36,962 nucleotides of DNA from Bdellovibrionota bacterium (lineage in GTDB: Bacteria; Bdellovibrionota_C; UBA2361; JBIKWN01), in the NCBI GenBank assembly GCA_044356295.1, contig JBIKWN010000021.1:1-36962 (forward strand), written 5' to 3'. Positions within the stretch are counted from its first letter, which is position 1. Every line of letters starts with the position of its first letter. The notes under the pieces are model-generated. The model searched no databases. It was not told the DNA's origin and saw only the letters and a program-made list of their open reading frames with translations. The position numbers and the translations under genes are program-made. Shown here in pieces: positions 35,976 to 36,962 of the stretch.

Positions 35976-36962
35976 TTAGACGATTTGTGCGCTTTGAAGA
36001 GCTTGGTTTTTATGTGTAAATGCCCTCACTACTGAAGCGTGGTCTGCACCCAGTATGATCTGCTGGAATACAGCTTTATAGATATCAACTCTATCTGACC
36101 AGCTATGCTTTGCTGCACGTGCATACTGCATGAGTGCTTGGTAGTTTTTGGGATCTTGGCACACTTCGACTGCCCAGTGTGCAGTGTTGGCAAATCCCCA
36201 CGAGCAAAAATCATTACATAAAAAACCGGTCCCCGTCATAGTTTGTTGGTTCCAGTTTTGGACAGTTGCATGAATGCCGCCAACGTTGCGACCTATGACA
36301 AGTGCGCCAGCAGCAAAAGCTTCAAGTTGAGTAATGCCCCCTGGTTCGAATCGTGAAGGCATTAAAAGAAACTGACTTGCAAACATGATCTTGATAACTT
36401 GCGTATGTGGAATGTAGTCGAAGTGCGCAGCAACTCTTCCTGGATACCGATGGCTAAGATTATTAACACATGCAGCAAGCTCTTCTGAAGTGGTGTCGCC
36501 ACGCGTGATGGGCCCGGCAAAGACGAGCTGAAGGTGTGGCCAACGTATCAGCATCTCTTCAAGCATTGAACGACCGTGGTATCCTGCAGGCCCATACATC
36601 AAGCAGAGTCCTTTTTGCTCTGCCATCCGTCCAACACAGCTCATAATGACAGCATCTTTCTGTCTTGTTAGTCCGTATTGTTGCTGCAGCTCTAACCGTG
36701 CGGCTGCTTTTGCATCCATCAATCGTGGTATGACATTAAGATCGTCTGGGTCAAGCTTTGATATAGTAGCTAAAAACGTATCAATTTCTGTTCGGTTAAT
36801 ACCATTACTAATTCCATATACATCATGACGACGATGTTGCAGCACTGCTTCTAAGCCACCACCATCATGGCTCACTAACGCTTCAGCGTATGGTTTGCTC
36901 ACAGTGATAATACCACCCGTAACATGACGCGCAGCTGTAAGGGTAAAGTTAAAAAGAGAGCG
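35976..36962 (-). CDS. glgA: Glycogen/starch synthase (GT5), 5'-partial
   Basis: TVSKPYAE, GISNGI, GRMAEQKG, LMPSRFEPGGITQLE, VGG..TV; frame stays open to the window edge. Confidence 0.85.
   Translation of the reverse strand, partial: RSLFNFTLTAARHVTGGIITVSKPYAEALVSHDGGGLEAVLQHRRHDVYGISNGINRTEIDTFLATISKLDPDDLNVIPRLMDAKAAARLELQQQYGLTRQKDAVIMSCVGRMAEQKGLCLMYGPAGYHGRSMLEEMLIRWPHLQLVFAGPITRGDTTSEELAACVNNLSHRYPGRVAAHFDYIPHTQVIKIMFASQFLLMPSRFEPGGITQLEAFAAGALVIGRNVGGIHATVQNWNQQTMTGTGFLCNDFCSWGFANTAHWAVEVCQDPKNYQALMQYARAAKHSWSDRVDIYKAVFQQIILGADHASVVRAFTHKNQALQSAQIV

Noticed and set aside
401..36828. Many 60-175-aa ORFs overlapping or antisense to clear genes (e.g. 9384-9911, 8266-8655, 24850-25209, 22687-22929)
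   Set aside because: Shadow frames of well-supported genes with no recognisable motifs

Overview
AT-rich chromosomal window from a diderm bacterium; the exact taxon cannot be fixed from sequence alone. Housekeeping and DNA-repair genes (argS, ssb, lexA-recA, ada/alkA-ogt, partial glgA) are mixed with several accessory modules: (1) acetoacetate-CoA ligase followed by a TonB-dependent receptor/YfiR/hybrid histidine kinase triad; (2) a polyamine locus with two translationally coupled SpeD-family pyruvoyl decarboxylases plus speE, divergent from mtnN, preceded by a ~350-nt heavily structured leader and a promoter with a G9 tract in its spacer; (3) a DUF2892-cysteine dioxygenase-YeiH sulfur module; (4) a Crp/Fnr regulator next to a stress-gene island carrying three ATGA-N6-TCATA boxes; (5) a pseudo-receiver/HigA-type HTH fusion. 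Non-coding elements include an IS4-like MITE with a 10-bp target duplication, a dispersed 9-mer-based palindromic repeat family, a partial gene duplication and a probable decayed gene. No rRNA, tRNA, CRISPR array, transposase or prophage was recognised. All family assignments come from motif recognition by eye; no searches were run.
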